From the NCBI GenBank assembly GCA_041576165.1, contig JBFGLM010000025.1, positions 10,060 through 74,059 of the forward strand: a stretch of 64,000 nt of DNA. The letters are read 5' to 3'. Position 1 is the stretch's first letter; each line of letters opens with the position of its first letter. Origin of the DNA: Acidimicrobiia bacterium. GTDB taxonomy: Bacteria > Actinomycetota > Acidimicrobiia > Spongiisociales > Spongiisociaceae. The notes beneath the pieces are model-generated. The model saw only the letters and a program-made list of their open reading frames with translations, was not told the origin of the DNA and ran no database searches. The position numbers were made by a program, and so were the translations under genes. Below are positions 9,563 to 21,340 of this stretch, in pieces.

Positions 9563-12061
9563 CTAGCCGCCGTCGGCGGGCGGCTGCGCCGGAGCCAGCC
9601 GCCCGACCACCAGCGTGATCGTGCCTTGATTCGGGACCACCCCACCGGGCCCGGGGCTGGTGGTGATGACCCGATCCACCAGCTCGGCATTCGTGACGTC
9701 CTGGAACGTGATCGCAATGTTGATGGTCACGCCGGAACTCGCCATCAGGTCCTGGATGACCTGGGTGGCCGATCCCACCGTCCGGCCGCGCAGGTCGGGC
9801 ACTCCGACTTCGGGCGGGAGACCGTTCGAGACCTCGATCGTCACGGCCGAGCCGTGCGAGAGCCTGGCTCCGGCAGCCGGTGCTTGACTGATCACGACGT
9901 TGGCCGGTTCGAAGGAGTTGACCTCGACCACGGCCGGGCTGAGGTGGGCGTCGTAGATCTCCTCCGCCGCTCGGCCCCGGCTGAGGCCCACCACGCTGGG
10001 TACGTTGGTTGAGGGCCGCACGTTGTAGGCACCGGTGCCATCGATGCCGGGGAACTCACCTACGGGATATTTCTCGAGCGCCAGCTTCATGAACGTTGCC
10101 CAGATGGGAGCGGGGACGGTTCCGCCGAAGACCCGCGAATAGGCCTGGCCGTTGATGACTACGTTGCGGAGCTCGGTTTGTTCGTCGGGGAAGCCGACCC
10201 ACACCGCGGTGGTCAGGTTGGGTATGAACCCGACGAACCACGCTTCGCGGAAGCTCTGATGGGTTCCGGTCTTGCCTCCCTGCGGCACGCCGATCTGGGC
10301 GGCGCGAGCGGTTCCGCAGCAGACCACCGATTGCAGCGGCTCCCGTGCGGCGGCCGCCAGCGCCGGGTCAATGACCTGTTCCGGCCGGATCTCGTGCTCG
10401 AACACCAACTCGCCTTCAACGCTCTCGATGCGGGACACGAGAAATGGATCGGCGTGGAGGCCGTTGGTGGCGAAGTTCGAGAACGCCGACGCCATCTCGA
10501 GTGGACTGACAGCACCCGCGCCCAGTGCGAGGGAGTACACCGGTTCGAGCGGTGATTCGATCCCGATCCGGTGGGCTACCTCGATGATCTTCTCCGGGCC
10601 CACTTCCACCGCCAGCTGCGCGTAGACGGCATTCACGGAGCTGGAGGTGGCCTGGAACAGGCTCATCAATCCGCCACCGCCACCGGCATTGCGCACCGTC
10701 CAAGTGTTCGAGCCGCCCGGACCGCACGGGAACCCGCAGTCGATCTTTTGCGGACTGCGGGCATCCCAATACGACTGCAGGGAACCACCAGTCTCGAGGT
10801 ACGCCACCAGCGCGATCGGCTTGAACGCCGAGCCCGGATTCCGCCTGCCCTGCACGGCCAGGTCGTACTGCTCCTCTTCGAATGGCAGACCGGAGGACAT
10901 CACCAGCACGGCTCCGGTCTGGTTTTCGACCATGGCGATGGCTCCGGTGGGAGCCCCTCGCGGGTCAGAATGTCCCTCGCCCGGCACCGGCAGCCATTCC
11001 TGCAGCAGCGCGTTGGCCTTGTTCTGCAGATCCAGGTCAACCGTCACATAGATGTTGAGCCCGCCGCCACCCTCGCAGTCGACATCGTCGGCGGGACAGC
11101 CGAAGATGGCACGTTTGCGTTCGGGCTTGGACGCACCCAAAAACGCGAACTCGGGCTCGTTCAATAGCTGGCGGCGCACCTCGGCCACGACGTGGTCCGC
11201 CGGACTGTCGAACTCGCTGGGCGGAGCGATGGCGAACGGTGCCCGCTTGGCCCGCTCTGCCTCCTCCACAGTGATGAAGCCGTGCACTGCCATCGCGTCG
11301 ATCACGTCGTCGCGCCGCTCCTGCGAGCGCTCAGGCTGACGCCGGGGGTCGTAGAGGGACGGGTTGCGGATCAGAACCGAGATGGTGGCCGCCTCGGCGA
11401 TCGTCAGGTCTTCCATGTCCTTGCGGAAATACTCCTGCGACGCCGCCTTCACGCCATACGCTGACCAGCCGAAGTACACGGAGTTCATGTAAAACTCGAG
11501 GATCCGTTCCTTCGTGTAACGCTCCTCGAGCTCGGCCGCGAACAGCGCCTCGGTGATCTTGCGCTGGATTGTCAGCTCCGACCCGACGAAGTTCTGTTTC
11601 ACGACCTGCTGGGTGATCGTGGATCCACCGCGGGTGTTGCCCCCGATGGTGTCGAAGAATGCCGAGAGGATGGCGGAAAAGTCGATACCGTCGTGCTGGA
11701 AGTACTCCGCGTCTTCTGCCGCCAGGATGGCGTTCATCAACAGCTCGGGCACCTCGTCGATGCGAGCCGGTTCCGAGTTGCGGCCGTCGTGCAACTCAGC
11801 GAGGAGCACCCCATCTTCCGTGAATATCCGAGACACGCGAGATAGATCGGGTAGATCCAGGTTGACCGACGCAGTCTCGGGGAAATACTCCTGGCGGAAC
11901 GACTCGAAGGTGCCGTAGGCCGAGTTGAGGCCGATGAAGGAGAACAACCCCAACCACGTGGCGGACAGGACCGAGATTGTCAACAGGAGTGCCAGCGCGA
12001 TGAACCAGCGACTGCGCAGTTCGCTGCGTTCTATCTGGTGAATGGTGGGCTGCGACGGCAT
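9563..12061 (-). CDS. Class A penicillin-binding protein with PASTA domains
   Basis: [24 protein letters not shown]; SAFK, SVN, KTG; PASTA repeats. Confidence 0.95.
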   Translation of the reverse strand: MPSQPTIHQIERSELRSRWFIALALLLTISVLSATWLGLFSFIGLNSAYGTFESFRQEYFPETASVNLDLPDLSRVSRIFTEDGVLLAELHDGRNSEPARIDEVPELLMNAILAAEDAEYFQHDGIDFSAILSAFFDTIGGNTRGGSTITQQVVKQNFVGSELTIQRKITEALFAAELEERYTKERILEFYMNSVYFGWSAYGVKAASQEYFRKDMEDLTIAEAATISVLIRNPSLYDPRRQPERSQERRDDVIDAMAVHGFITVEEAERAKRAPFAIAPPSEFDSPADHVVAEVRRQLLNEPEFAFLGASKPERKRAIFGCPADDVDCEGGGGLNIYVTVDLDLQNKANALLQEWLPVPGEGHSDPRGAPTGAIAMVENQTGAVLVMSSGLPFEEEQYDLAVQGRRNPGSAFKPIALVAYLETGGSLQSYWDARSPQKIDCGFPCGPGGSNTWTVRNAGGGGGLMSLFQATSSSVNAVYAQLAVEVGPEKIIEVAHRIGIESPLEPVYSLALGAGAVSPLEMASAFSNFATNGLHADPFLVSRIESVEGELVFEHEIRPEQVIDPALAAAAREPLQSVVCCGTARAAQIGVPQGGKTGTHQSFREAWFVGFIPNLTTAVWVGFPDEQTELRNVVINGQAYSRVFGGTVPAPIWATFMKLALEKYPVGEFPGIDGTGAYNVRPSTNVPSVVGLSRGRAAEEIYDAHLSPAVVEVNSFEPANVVISQAPAAGARLSHGSAVTIEVSNGLPPEVGVPDLRGRTVGSATQVIQDLMASSGVTINIAITFQDVTNAELVDRVITTSPGPGGVVPNQGTITLVVGRLAPAQPPADGG

Positions 12062-12124
12062 CGAGTCTCTAACGAAGGGTCGGGGCGAAAAGTTGCCGGT
12101 AGCATCCGGCGAGCTCAGAGGATA

Positions 12125-13702
<1,578 letters not shown>

Positions 13703-13714
13703 AGGGATGTCCAC

Positions 13715-15076
13715 ATGATCGGCGACCAACGGAAACGCTTCGTCATCGTGGGCGGTGGCCCGGCCGGCTCGACGGCGGCGACCGTTGCGGCCACCCTCGG
13801 AGCCCACGTGACTCTGATCGAGGACTCGATCATCGGTGGCGCTGCACACCTGTGGGACTGCATCCCGTCAAAGACGATGGTGGCCACGTCCATCCGCATG
13901 AACGCAATCAGGGGCGCGGAAAAGCTCGGGATCGTGCTCCCTGACGCCCACGTCGACTTGGGGCGGCTCGGCAAACGGATCGCCACGATCTCAGGCGACC
14001 TGGAGCGGGGGGCTACCGTCATCATGGAGAGCCAGGGTGTTGAACTGGTCCGGGGGCGGGGCCGGTTCGTCGACGAGCACACCGTCGTGGCGGACACGGC
14101 AGCCGGCGAAGTGAAGTTCGAGTTTGACATGGCGCTTGCATCTACCGGCTCGGCACCGCGGGTCCCAGACTGGGCCGAAGTGGACGGCGAGCGGATCCTC
14201 ACGACCCGGCACGCCTATGACCTCCCGTCCAGGCCGGAGCACGTCATCGTGGTCGGGTCAGGGGTTACCGGAGTCGAGATGGTCCACATCTTCGAGAGCC
14301 TCGGGTGTCGGGTGACACTCGTCGTCAGCCGCCAGCAAGTCCTCCCGCACAAGGACGCCGAAGTTGCCGCGGTGCTCGAGCAGGACTTCCTCGAACGAGG
14401 CGTCCGGCTCGTCAAGGGGGCCCGGGCGATCAGCGCCGACCGTCAAGGTGAGGTAGTCGTCGTTGACACCGACGACGGACGCCGGCTGGAGGGTTCCCAT
14501 GTCCTCCTCGCCATTGGCTCGGTTCCGCTAACGGACGGTCTCGGGCTCGATGCGGCCGGAGTCGAATTGGACAACGGCTATGTAACGGTCGACCAGTGGC
14601 AGCGGACCAACGTGTCGCATATCTACGCGGCCGGCGACATCACCGGTCAAATGCCACTCTCGTCGGTGGCCAGCGCACAGGGCCGCAAGATCGCCCACCA
14701 CGCGCTGGGACATCCCGACACCCCGCTTGACTATTCGAAGGTCGCGCAGGCGATCTTCACCGAGCCCGAAATCGCATCTGTCGGACTGGACGAAGCGATG
14801 GCGGCGGCCGAGGGCCGCAAGGTACGCATCACCAAAGTTCCCTTTGCGGCCAACCCCCGCAGCTTGATCCACGGCAGCACGACCGGCTTCGTGAAGGTGA
14901 TGTCCGATCCCGCAACTCGGGTGGTGTTGGGCGGCACCATCGTTGGTCATCGAGCTTCGGAGCTGATCGGGATCCTGGCACTGGCCACCCAGGGCCACAT
15001 CAAGGTGGACACGCTGGTGGAGACGCTCATGGTGCACCCCAGCCTCTCGGAGAGCATCTCAGACGCCGGCGAGTAG
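13715..15076 (+). CDS. Flavoprotein disulfide-reductase family NAD(P)H:quinone reductase (LpdA-like)
   Basis: GGGPAG, GGAAHLWDCIPSK (single Cys, as in mycobacterial LpdA), GSGVTG, HPSLSE. Confidence 0.85.
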   Translation: MIGDQRKRFVIVGGGPAGSTAATVAATLGAHVTLIEDSIIGGAAHLWDCIPSKTMVATSIRMNAIRGAEKLGIVLPDAHVDLGRLGKRIATISGDLERGATVIMESQGVELVRGRGRFVDEHTVVADTAAGEVKFEFDMALASTGSAPRVPDWAEVDGERILTTRHAYDLPSRPEHVIVVGSGVTGVEMVHIFESLGCRVTLVVSRQQVLPHKDAEVAAVLEQDFLERGVRLVKGARAISADRQGEVVVVDTDDGRRLEGSHVLLAIGSVPLTDGLGLDAAGVELDNGYVTVDQWQRTNVSHIYAAGDITGQMPLSSVASAQGRKIAHHALGHPDTPLDYSKVAQAIFTEPEIASVGLDEAMAAAEGRKVRITKVPFAANPRSLIHGSTTGFVKVMSDPATRVVLGGTIVGHRASELIGILALATQGHIKVDTLVETLMVHPSLSESISDAGE

Positions 15077-15077
15077 G

Positions 15078-15121
15078 GCGCCCCGATCAGGATCGGGGCG
15101 CGGGCGCCACCTTTGGTGGCG
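15078..15121. terminator. Tandem hairpins, probable bidirectional terminator
   Basis: GCGCCCCGATC-AG-GATCGGGGCGC and CGCCACC-TTT-GGTGGCG between convergent genes. Confidence 0.7.
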
Positions 15122-15125
15122 TTGG

Positions 15126-15286
15126 TGACGAGCGGCCTATCGGCAGCGCTTTTCTCTAGGTCGCACCGCGCAGGTCATTGCGTCTCAGATTGAAGGGGAC
15201 GGCCGGAGCCTATTCCCGCTCAAACTCACCCTTTGGATTGGGCGCCCACGGAGGGGTGTCCGCTTGCCTGCCGCGTAGCTCGGTCA
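15126..15286 (-). ncRNA. Candidate rod-shaped ncRNA (6S/Ms1-like)
   Basis: Nested long-range pairings TGACCGAGC/GCTCGTCA, CGGCAG/CTGCCG, CGTGGG/CCTGCG, AAGGG/CCCTT, GAGC/GCTC in a 265-bp intergenic region. Confidence 0.55.
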
Positions 15287-15341
15287 GGCTGTGGCCGTGG
15301 CTGTGGCCGTAGCGCCGGACGCCGGCGGAGCCATCGTCCGG

Positions 15342-17093
15342 TTACCGGACGATGGCGAGCACTTGACCGGGGCTCACGGCGTCGCCCGGCCGAACGCGGA
15401 GTTCCACGACGGCACCGTCGATCGGGGTCTTCACCTCGTTTTCCATCTTCATGGCTTCGAGTATCAGCACTGTCTCCCCGGCGTTGACCGCCTCGCCCGC
15501 CCTGGCCGCCAACTTGACGATCGTGCCTTGCATGGGGGCAGTGATGACGCCCGGCTCGGCCGAGCGGGGCGCGGCCGCCGTCTCCCGCTTCGGGCGAGCC
15601 CGGGCTGGGGCCTGACCGGCACCGGCCCGGCGCATTTCAGGAGCCCAGAAGGTCACGTCGAACCGCCGTCCGCCTACTTCGACGGTCAAGGACCGTTCGC
15701 TTCTCGCCTCTTCTTCTGGGAGCGTATGACCCGGCTCGAATGTGATGCCGCTGAAGTCGACCTCGTCTTCCGCGAATCTGGTGTGGTGACGCGACTCTTG
15801 GAATGTCACATGATCGAGCACCACCAGATGGGCCGGGATGGTCGTCGCCACTCCTCGAATCACATACTCCTGGAGAGCTCGGCGACCCCGCCGGATGGCT
15901 TCATCGCGGGTCCGGCCCCAGACGACCAGCTTCGCCATCAGGTTGTCGTAGTACTGCGACACGGTCGCCCCGGGCTCCATCCAGCTATCAACTCGCACCC
16001 CGAATCCTTGGGGCTCGCGATAGTCGGTGACCTGCCCCGGGTTGGGTAGGAACCCCCGAGCCGGGTTCTCGGCGTTTATGCGGAACTCAATGGCATGGCC
16101 CGAGAGTTCGACCGAGTCGAACGAGAGGGGAGCGCCTTCCGCCACGCGTAGCTGCTCGGCGACCAGATCGATTCCCGTCACCATCTCGGTGACGGTGTGC
16201 TCGACCTGGAGCCGGGTGTTCATCTCCAGAAAGTAAAGATCACCGTTGTTGTCGAGGAGGAACTCGACGGTGCCGGCGTTGCGATAGTCGCAGGCCTCGG
16301 CCACCGACAGCGCGGCCTGCCCCAGCGCGTGCCGCTGTTCTGCGCTGAGCGCCAGTGAGGGCGCCTCCTCTATCAACTTTTGGTGGCGTCGCTGAACCGA
16401 GCAGTCCCTCTCACCGAGGAACACGCCGGCTCCGTGATTGTCGACGATGATCTGAGCCTCGATGTGGCGCGGTTGGACGAGGTACTTCTCGACGTACACC
16501 TCGGGGTTGCCAAAATAAGCATCGGCTTCCCGGCGAGCTCCTTCGAATGCCAGTTGGAGTTCCTCCGGTCCGTCTACGACCCGCAGCCCCTTGCCGCCGC
16601 CGCCGTGGGCGGCCTTGATCGCCACCGGATACCCGAACTCGTCGGCCACGGCGGCAACGTCATCCGGAGTTGAGAGCGGATCGAGCGTGCCGGGGACGGT
16701 CCGGACGTCGGCCTTCTCGGCGGCGTTGCGCGATGCGATCTTGTCGCCCATCGTGGCGATGGCGCTCGGTGGTGGGCCGACCCAGATGATGCCGGCGTCC
16801 ATCACCGCTTGGGCGAAGGCGGCGTTCTCGGCCAGGAAGCCGTAGCCCGGATGCACAGCATCCGCGCCCGATTCCTTGGCGATGCGAACTATCCGATTGC
16901 GGTTGAGGTAAGACTCCGAGGCGGGTGCCCCGCCGACGTTCCACGCCTCATCGGCGAGCTTGACATGGAGTGCGTCTCGGTCGAGTTCGGAATAGATCGC
17001 GATGGTCCGCAGCCCCAACTCGCGGGCGGTGCGGATGACCCGCACGGCAATCTCACCGCGGTTGGCAACCAGCACTGACTGCATCAGCCGCAT
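15342..17093 (-). CDS. Acetyl/propionyl-CoA carboxylase alpha subunit (biotin carboxylase + BCCP)
   Basis: ANRGEIA, HPGYGFLAEN, GGGGKG, EMNTRLQVEH, EAMKM. Confidence 0.95.
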   Translation of the reverse strand: MRLMQSVLVANRGEIAVRVIRTARELGLRTIAIYSELDRDALHVKLADEAWNVGGAPASESYLNRNRIVRIAKESGADAVHPGYGFLAENAAFAQAVMDAGIIWVGPPPSAIATMGDKIASRNAAEKADVRTVPGTLDPLSTPDDVAAVADEFGYPVAIKAAHGGGGKGLRVVDGPEELQLAFEGARREADAYFGNPEVYVEKYLVQPRHIEAQIIVDNHGAGVFLGERDCSVQRRHQKLIEEAPSLALSAEQRHALGQAALSVAEACDYRNAGTVEFLLDNNGDLYFLEMNTRLQVEHTVTEMVTGIDLVAEQLRVAEGAPLSFDSVELSGHAIEFRINAENPARGFLPNPGQVTDYREPQGFGVRVDSWMEPGATVSQYYDNLMAKLVVWGRTRDEAIRRGRRALQEYVIRGVATTIPAHLVVLDHVTFQESRHHTRFAEDEVDFSGITFEPGHTLPEEEARSERSLTVEVGGRRFDVTFWAPEMRRAGAGQAPARARPKRETAAAPRSAEPGVITAPMQGTIVKLAARAGEAVNAGETVLILEAMKMENEVKTPIDGAVVELRVRPGDAVSPGQVLAIVR

Positions 17094-17169
17094 GGTAGGA
17101 GCGTGGCGGGTGGCGTGCGATCCCATCTACCCAATGGCAGACCGGACGGCAGTTCAGCCCTCGACAGGC

Positions 17170-18720
17170 TCACAGAGGGATGTTCCCGTGTTTTTTGGGC
17201 GGTAGCTCCTCGCGTTTGTTACGCAGCATCGCGAGCGCGCGAATCAGCTTGGCGCGGGTGGCCCGAGGCTCGATCACTTCGTCCACGAGACCCAGTTCGG
17301 CGGCCACATATGGGTTGTTGAACTTCTCCTCGTACTCCGCGATCAACTCTGTGCGCCGGGCATCGGGATCCTCCGCGGCGGCTATCTCGCGACGGTGGAT
17401 CACGTTGACCGCGCCCTGGGCGCCCATCACCGCAATCTCGGCACTGGGCCAGGCGAAGACCCAGTCGGCTCGTATGCCGCGAGCATTCATGACGAGGTAT
17501 GCCCCTCCGTACGACTTGCGCGTGATGACGGTTACGCGCGGAACCGTTGCCTCGCAGTAGGCGTAGAGCAGCTTGGCGCCGTGGCGAATGATCCCACCGT
17601 GTTCCTGTGCCACGCCGGGGAGGAAGCCGGGAACGTCCACGAAGGTGACGAGCGGGACGTTGAACGCGTCGCAGAAGCGAACAAACCGGGCTGCCTTCTC
17701 GCTGGCGGCGATGTCGAGGGTGCCGGCCAGTACGGCAGGCTGGTTGCCGATGATTCCGACGCTGTTTCCTTCCAAGCGGCCAAAACCAACGACGATGTTC
17801 TGCGCGAAGTGCTCGTGCACCTGGTAGAACTCGCCGTCGTCTACCACCAGCTCGATCAGTTCCACCATGTCGTACGGCTGGTTGGGGCTATCGGGGATGA
17901 TGCTGTCGAGCTCTTCGTCGGTCCGGTCCGGCGAGTCCGTCGGCGTGAAGTACGGCGGTGTCTCCATGTTGTTCTGCGGCAGGTAGGACAGGAGATACCG
18001 CACCTCCTCGAGAGCAGCCACGCCGGTATCGGCGATGAAGTGGGTGACGCCGGACTTGGTGGCGTGAGTGGTGGCCCCGCCCAGCTCCTCGAAGGTGACT
18101 TCCTCGCCCGTGACAGCTTTGATCACGTCGGGACCCGTGATGAACATGTGGCTGGCCCCGTCAACCTGGTACACGAAGTCGGTGATGGCGGGGGAGTACA
18201 CCGCGCCGCCTGCACACGGACCCATGATCACCGAGATCTGAGGGATCACTCCCGAGGAGCGCACGTTGCGTTCGAAGATACGGCCATAGCCGTCCAGTGA
18301 TGCGACGCCCTCCTGGATCCGGGCGCCCCCCGAGTCCTTCAGGCCGATGATGGGCGCTCCGACCTGAAGGGCCATGTCCATCACCTTGATGATCTTGTCG
18401 GCCACCGCTTCACCGAGGCTGCCGCCGAACACGGTGAAGTCTTCGGCGAAAACGAACACCGTTCGACCATCAACCGTGCCGTGCCCGGTAACCACCGCAT
18501 CGCCCAGCGGGCGGGTGGCTTCGATGCCGAAGCCGCGCGCTCGGTGTCGCACAAACATGTCGGTTTCCTGGAAGCTGCCTTTATCCAGGAGAAGGTCGAT
18601 ACGCTCGCGGGCGGTGTACTTGCCGAGTTCGTGCTGGCGGTCGACCGCTCTCTGACTCCCGGCGTGGAGCGCTGCCTCGCGAAGCTCCCGAAGGTGCTCG
18701 ATTCGTTGTTCGGTACCCAT
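17170..18720 (-). CDS. pccB: Acyl-CoA carboxylase beta subunit (PccB)
   Basis: GGARIQEG, GPCAGGAVYSPA, DVPGFLPG, KKHGNIPL. Confidence 0.93.
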   Translation of the reverse strand: MGTEQRIEHLRELREAALHAGSQRAVDRQHELGKYTARERIDLLLDKGSFQETDMFVRHRARGFGIEATRPLGDAVVTGHGTVDGRTVFVFAEDFTVFGGSLGEAVADKIIKVMDMALQVGAPIIGLKDSGGARIQEGVASLDGYGRIFERNVRSSGVIPQISVIMGPCAGGAVYSPAITDFVYQVDGASHMFITGPDVIKAVTGEEVTFEELGGATTHATKSGVTHFIADTGVAALEEVRYLLSYLPQNNMETPPYFTPTDSPDRTDEELDSIIPDSPNQPYDMVELIELVVDDGEFYQVHEHFAQNIVVGFGRLEGNSVGIIGNQPAVLAGTLDIAASEKAARFVRFCDAFNVPLVTFVDVPGFLPGVAQEHGGIIRHGAKLLYAYCEATVPRVTVITRKSYGGAYLVMNARGIRADWVFAWPSAEIAVMGAQGAVNVIHRREIAAAEDPDARRTELIAEYEEKFNNPYVAAELGLVDEVIEPRATRAKLIRALAMLRNKREELPPKKHGNIPL

Positions 18721-18833
18721 GCGTCCCTCGTTGCGGATTCGGCCCCAGGCGCGCCTGGCTGCGGTTCGTAAGGATTGCGGCAACCCGGGTCGACACTGCG
18801 CCTTCGGCGGCACCGCGCCGCTAGCGTCATGGA

Positions 18834-19550
18834 TTGGACTCCGGAGTCACCGATTTGGCTACACCCTACGCCCAGTTCGACCTCGAGGGTACCGGGAGCA
18901 CCCAGGATGACGCAGCGCGCCTGCTGGCCGACCGTGCGGCCGTGGTCGTTTCCGCTACCAGGCAAAGCGCGGGCCGCGGTCGGCTCGGCCGCGGCTGGAC
19001 GAACGCGCCACGGGCGCTGGCGGTCTCCGTCGGCTTCCGGTCGGGTTGGCCACCCGACACCTGGCCCCGGATTTCGCTGGTGGCCGGCCTGGCCGCCCGC
19101 GATGCTCTGGGCGAGACGCTCCGGCTGAAGTGGCCCAACGACCTGATGCGCGGCGGCTTCAAGGTCGGCGGCATCCTGACCGAAGCCGGCGGTTCCACAG
19201 TCATCGTGGGCCTCGGCGCCAACCTGTTCTGGCCCCGAGCTCCCGTGGGGTACGGGGCCGTGTTCGATCGGGTAGACCGGGTGCCAGGATCGAGCCCGCT
19301 GGCGAGTCATTTTGCCGATGCACTCTTCGAACGTCTCGACCGCGGGCCGGACGATTGGGGTCATGACGAGTACCGCGCCGTGTGCGTGACCCTGGGTCAG
19401 GACCTCCGTTGGGAACCGGGAGGTTCGGGCCGGGCGACCGACATCGGTCGCGACGGCTCGCTGCTGGTGCTCACGGCGGGCGGACCCGAGGCGCTGATGT
19501 CGGGCGAGGTGCACGAGGTGCGTCACGCAGACGCAGACGTGCGGGACTGA
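18834..19550 (+). CDS. birA: Biotin--[acetyl-CoA-carboxylase] ligase (no HTH)
   Basis: QSAGRGRLGRGW, LKWPND, KVGGIL. Confidence 0.92.
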   Translation: MDSGVTDLATPYAQFDLEGTGSTQDDAARLLADRAAVVVSATRQSAGRGRLGRGWTNAPRALAVSVGFRSGWPPDTWPRISLVAGLAARDALGETLRLKWPNDLMRGGFKVGGILTEAGGSTVIVGLGANLFWPRAPVGYGAVFDRVDRVPGSSPLASHFADALFERLDRGPDDWGHDEYRAVCVTLGQDLRWEPGGSGRATDIGRDGSLLVLTAGGPEALMSGEVHEVRHADADVRD

Positions 19551-19720
19551 CGGGTGGCGGGCCGGAGGACCGTAGCGGCCGATCCGGCCGCGCCGCCCGC
19601 GCGCCGCACTAGCCTGTCGGACCGAACTGGGACCGATGCCACCTTCAGACGGACCGGGTTACAGGGCCGGCAGTACTGGCGATCAGAATCGACGACGAGA
19701 ACGAAGAGGAGACTGCGTAG

Positions 19721-20479
19721 ATGACAGTGCTCGCCTTCGAGGGCACGTATCCGATTCTCTACCGGGATTTCGGACTGCCGACCGGGAGTGCGTACACGGA
19801 GGGCTACATTGCCCGTCCGGACCGGACCGGCTCGTACCCGCTGATCTTCGTGCTGGCCGGACTGGATGGCATCACCCCAACGATCAAAGACATTTGTCGC
19901 AGGTTGGCCCGCCACGGCTACGCGGCCGTCGCACCGGATCTGACCCGTGGAAACCACCCCGGCCGCGGAGCTTCGGAGGCGGCCTTGTTCGCGACGTATG
20001 CGGGCATCAGCGACCGCCGGGCGATGGCCGACATCGAGCAGGCGTACTGGTTTGTTACCGAGGACGATTCGGACTGGACCGTTGACGGCCCGGCTGGGAT
20101 CGTGGGTATCGACATCGGCGGACGCTTCGGAATCATTCATGCGGCCAACCGCCCCGGAGTGGCAGCTTTGGCGGTGGCATACACCCCGCTCGCCGGCGAT
20201 GAAGACCGTGACCACTCCGTAGCGGATGCGCTCGGCCGTCTGGTAATGCCCGTCCTCGGGCTCTATGGCGACAGCGATCCGTTGGTGCCGGCCGAAAGCG
20301 TCGACGCCGCCCAGCACCTGAATCCCCACGGCCAGTGGATCCTCTATCAGGGCGTTGGTCACGACTTCCTCGACGAGGATTCGCCCTCCTACGACGCGGG
20401 GGCTGCCGGCGACGCCTTCCAGCGCATCGTCGGACTCATGCGCGCGCATCTGCCCCAACCCGTCCTACCGGAAGGCTGA
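19721..20479 (+). CDS. Dienelactone hydrolase family protein (atypical nucleophile)
   Basis: RRLARHGYAAVAPDL, PVLGLYGDSD, YQGVGHDF; elbow reads GIDIGG. Confidence 0.85.
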   Translation: MTVLAFEGTYPILYRDFGLPTGSAYTEGYIARPDRTGSYPLIFVLAGLDGITPTIKDICRRLARHGYAAVAPDLTRGNHPGRGASEAALFATYAGISDRRAMADIEQAYWFVTEDDSDWTVDGPAGIVGIDIGGRFGIIHAANRPGVAALAVAYTPLAGDEDRDHSVADALGRLVMPVLGLYGDSDPLVPAESVDAAQHLNPHGQWILYQGVGHDFLDEDSPSYDAGAAGDAFQRIVGLMRAHLPQPVLPEG

Positions 20480-20482
20480 GGT

Positions 20483-21301
20483 TCAATCTCGTAGCCAGCT
20501 CGTGCCGCTCAAGCCGAGCCGCCGCAGAAAGCCGGCGGCCTGTGCAGCCAACCCAGCATCCTCTGCCCAGAGAACCAGCTCTCGCTCCCCGGCCAGTTCC
20601 GCAAAGGACGACGCGAGGGCCGCCGGGTGTATCTGGCGCACCGGCGCATCCAGTTGGTGGTCCGGGCCGCTCGGAGTCACGATGGCCGGCGGCCATGGTC
20701 CGGCCAGTCGTTTGACAAGCTGCTGGCGGCTGGTCGAGTCGGCGGGCTTGGTGAATCGGGGGTCGGCCCAGAACATGTCGGCCTCTCCGGAGTTCGTGAG
20801 GATCACCGCTTCGCGGTTCAACACAGGGAGAGGGGGCGGGTCGAGCTCGGCCAGATCCTGCCCGCCATGGACACCTGCGGATCCGTAGAACCGAGCCCGG
20901 GGACAACGCTCCGTGAGCTGCTCTCGCAGTGCGGCCGCAGTTGCATCGCGATCGAGGGAACCGATGAAGATCCTGGTTTCGTTGTCCATCGTCAAAATCA
21001 TCTGGTCGGGTCTCGTGAGGACAGGCTCGACGCGCAGGAGGCCGAGAATGTCATCACCTGCGACCACTCGCGTCGTCGCCGGGGTTGTAACTGGAGCGAG
21101 GATGGGTACTTTGCATCCGCGCGCAATGAGGCGGGCGCCGCTCACCCGGTGGCCGGCGATCGCAGTTTCGACAATCACTTCGAGCGGACCCTCGCACCCG
21201 GAAGGGTCGAACGTGAGCGGCGGGTCGATAAGGACCCGGGCCCCGTCGGCTGTGTCGACCAGGTATCCGACGTGGCCGGTCTCCTCGAGTGGCTGGATCA
21301 C
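20483..21301 (-). CDS. Degenerate MBL-fold + rhodanese-like protein
   Basis: GYLV..VLIDP, ETAIAGHRVSGARLIA, C-terminal AAQAAGFLRRLG; TAGCAT -10 six nt upstream of GTG. Confidence 0.6.
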   Translation of the reverse strand: MIQPLEETGHVGYLVDTADGARVLIDPPLTFDPSGCEGPLEVIVETAIAGHRVSGARLIARGCKVPILAPVTTPATTRVVAGDDILGLLRVEPVLTRPDQMILTMDNETRIFIGSLDRDATAAALREQLTERCPRARFYGSAGVHGGQDLAELDPPPLPVLNREAVILTNSGEADMFWADPRFTKPADSTSRQQLVKRLAGPWPPAIVTPSGPDHQLDAPVRQIHPAALASSFAELAGERELVLWAEDAGLAAQAAGFLRRLGLSGTSWLRD

Positions 21302-21340
21302 CGAGCCATGCTACGGCTCGGCTACTATGCCCGTTCGCTG

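Noticed and set aside
20627-21340. N-terminal extensions in the ORF track (LCP, cofD, DUF5719, ftsE, prfB, SGNH gene)
   Set aside because: They overlap other real genes or precede better-supported starts.
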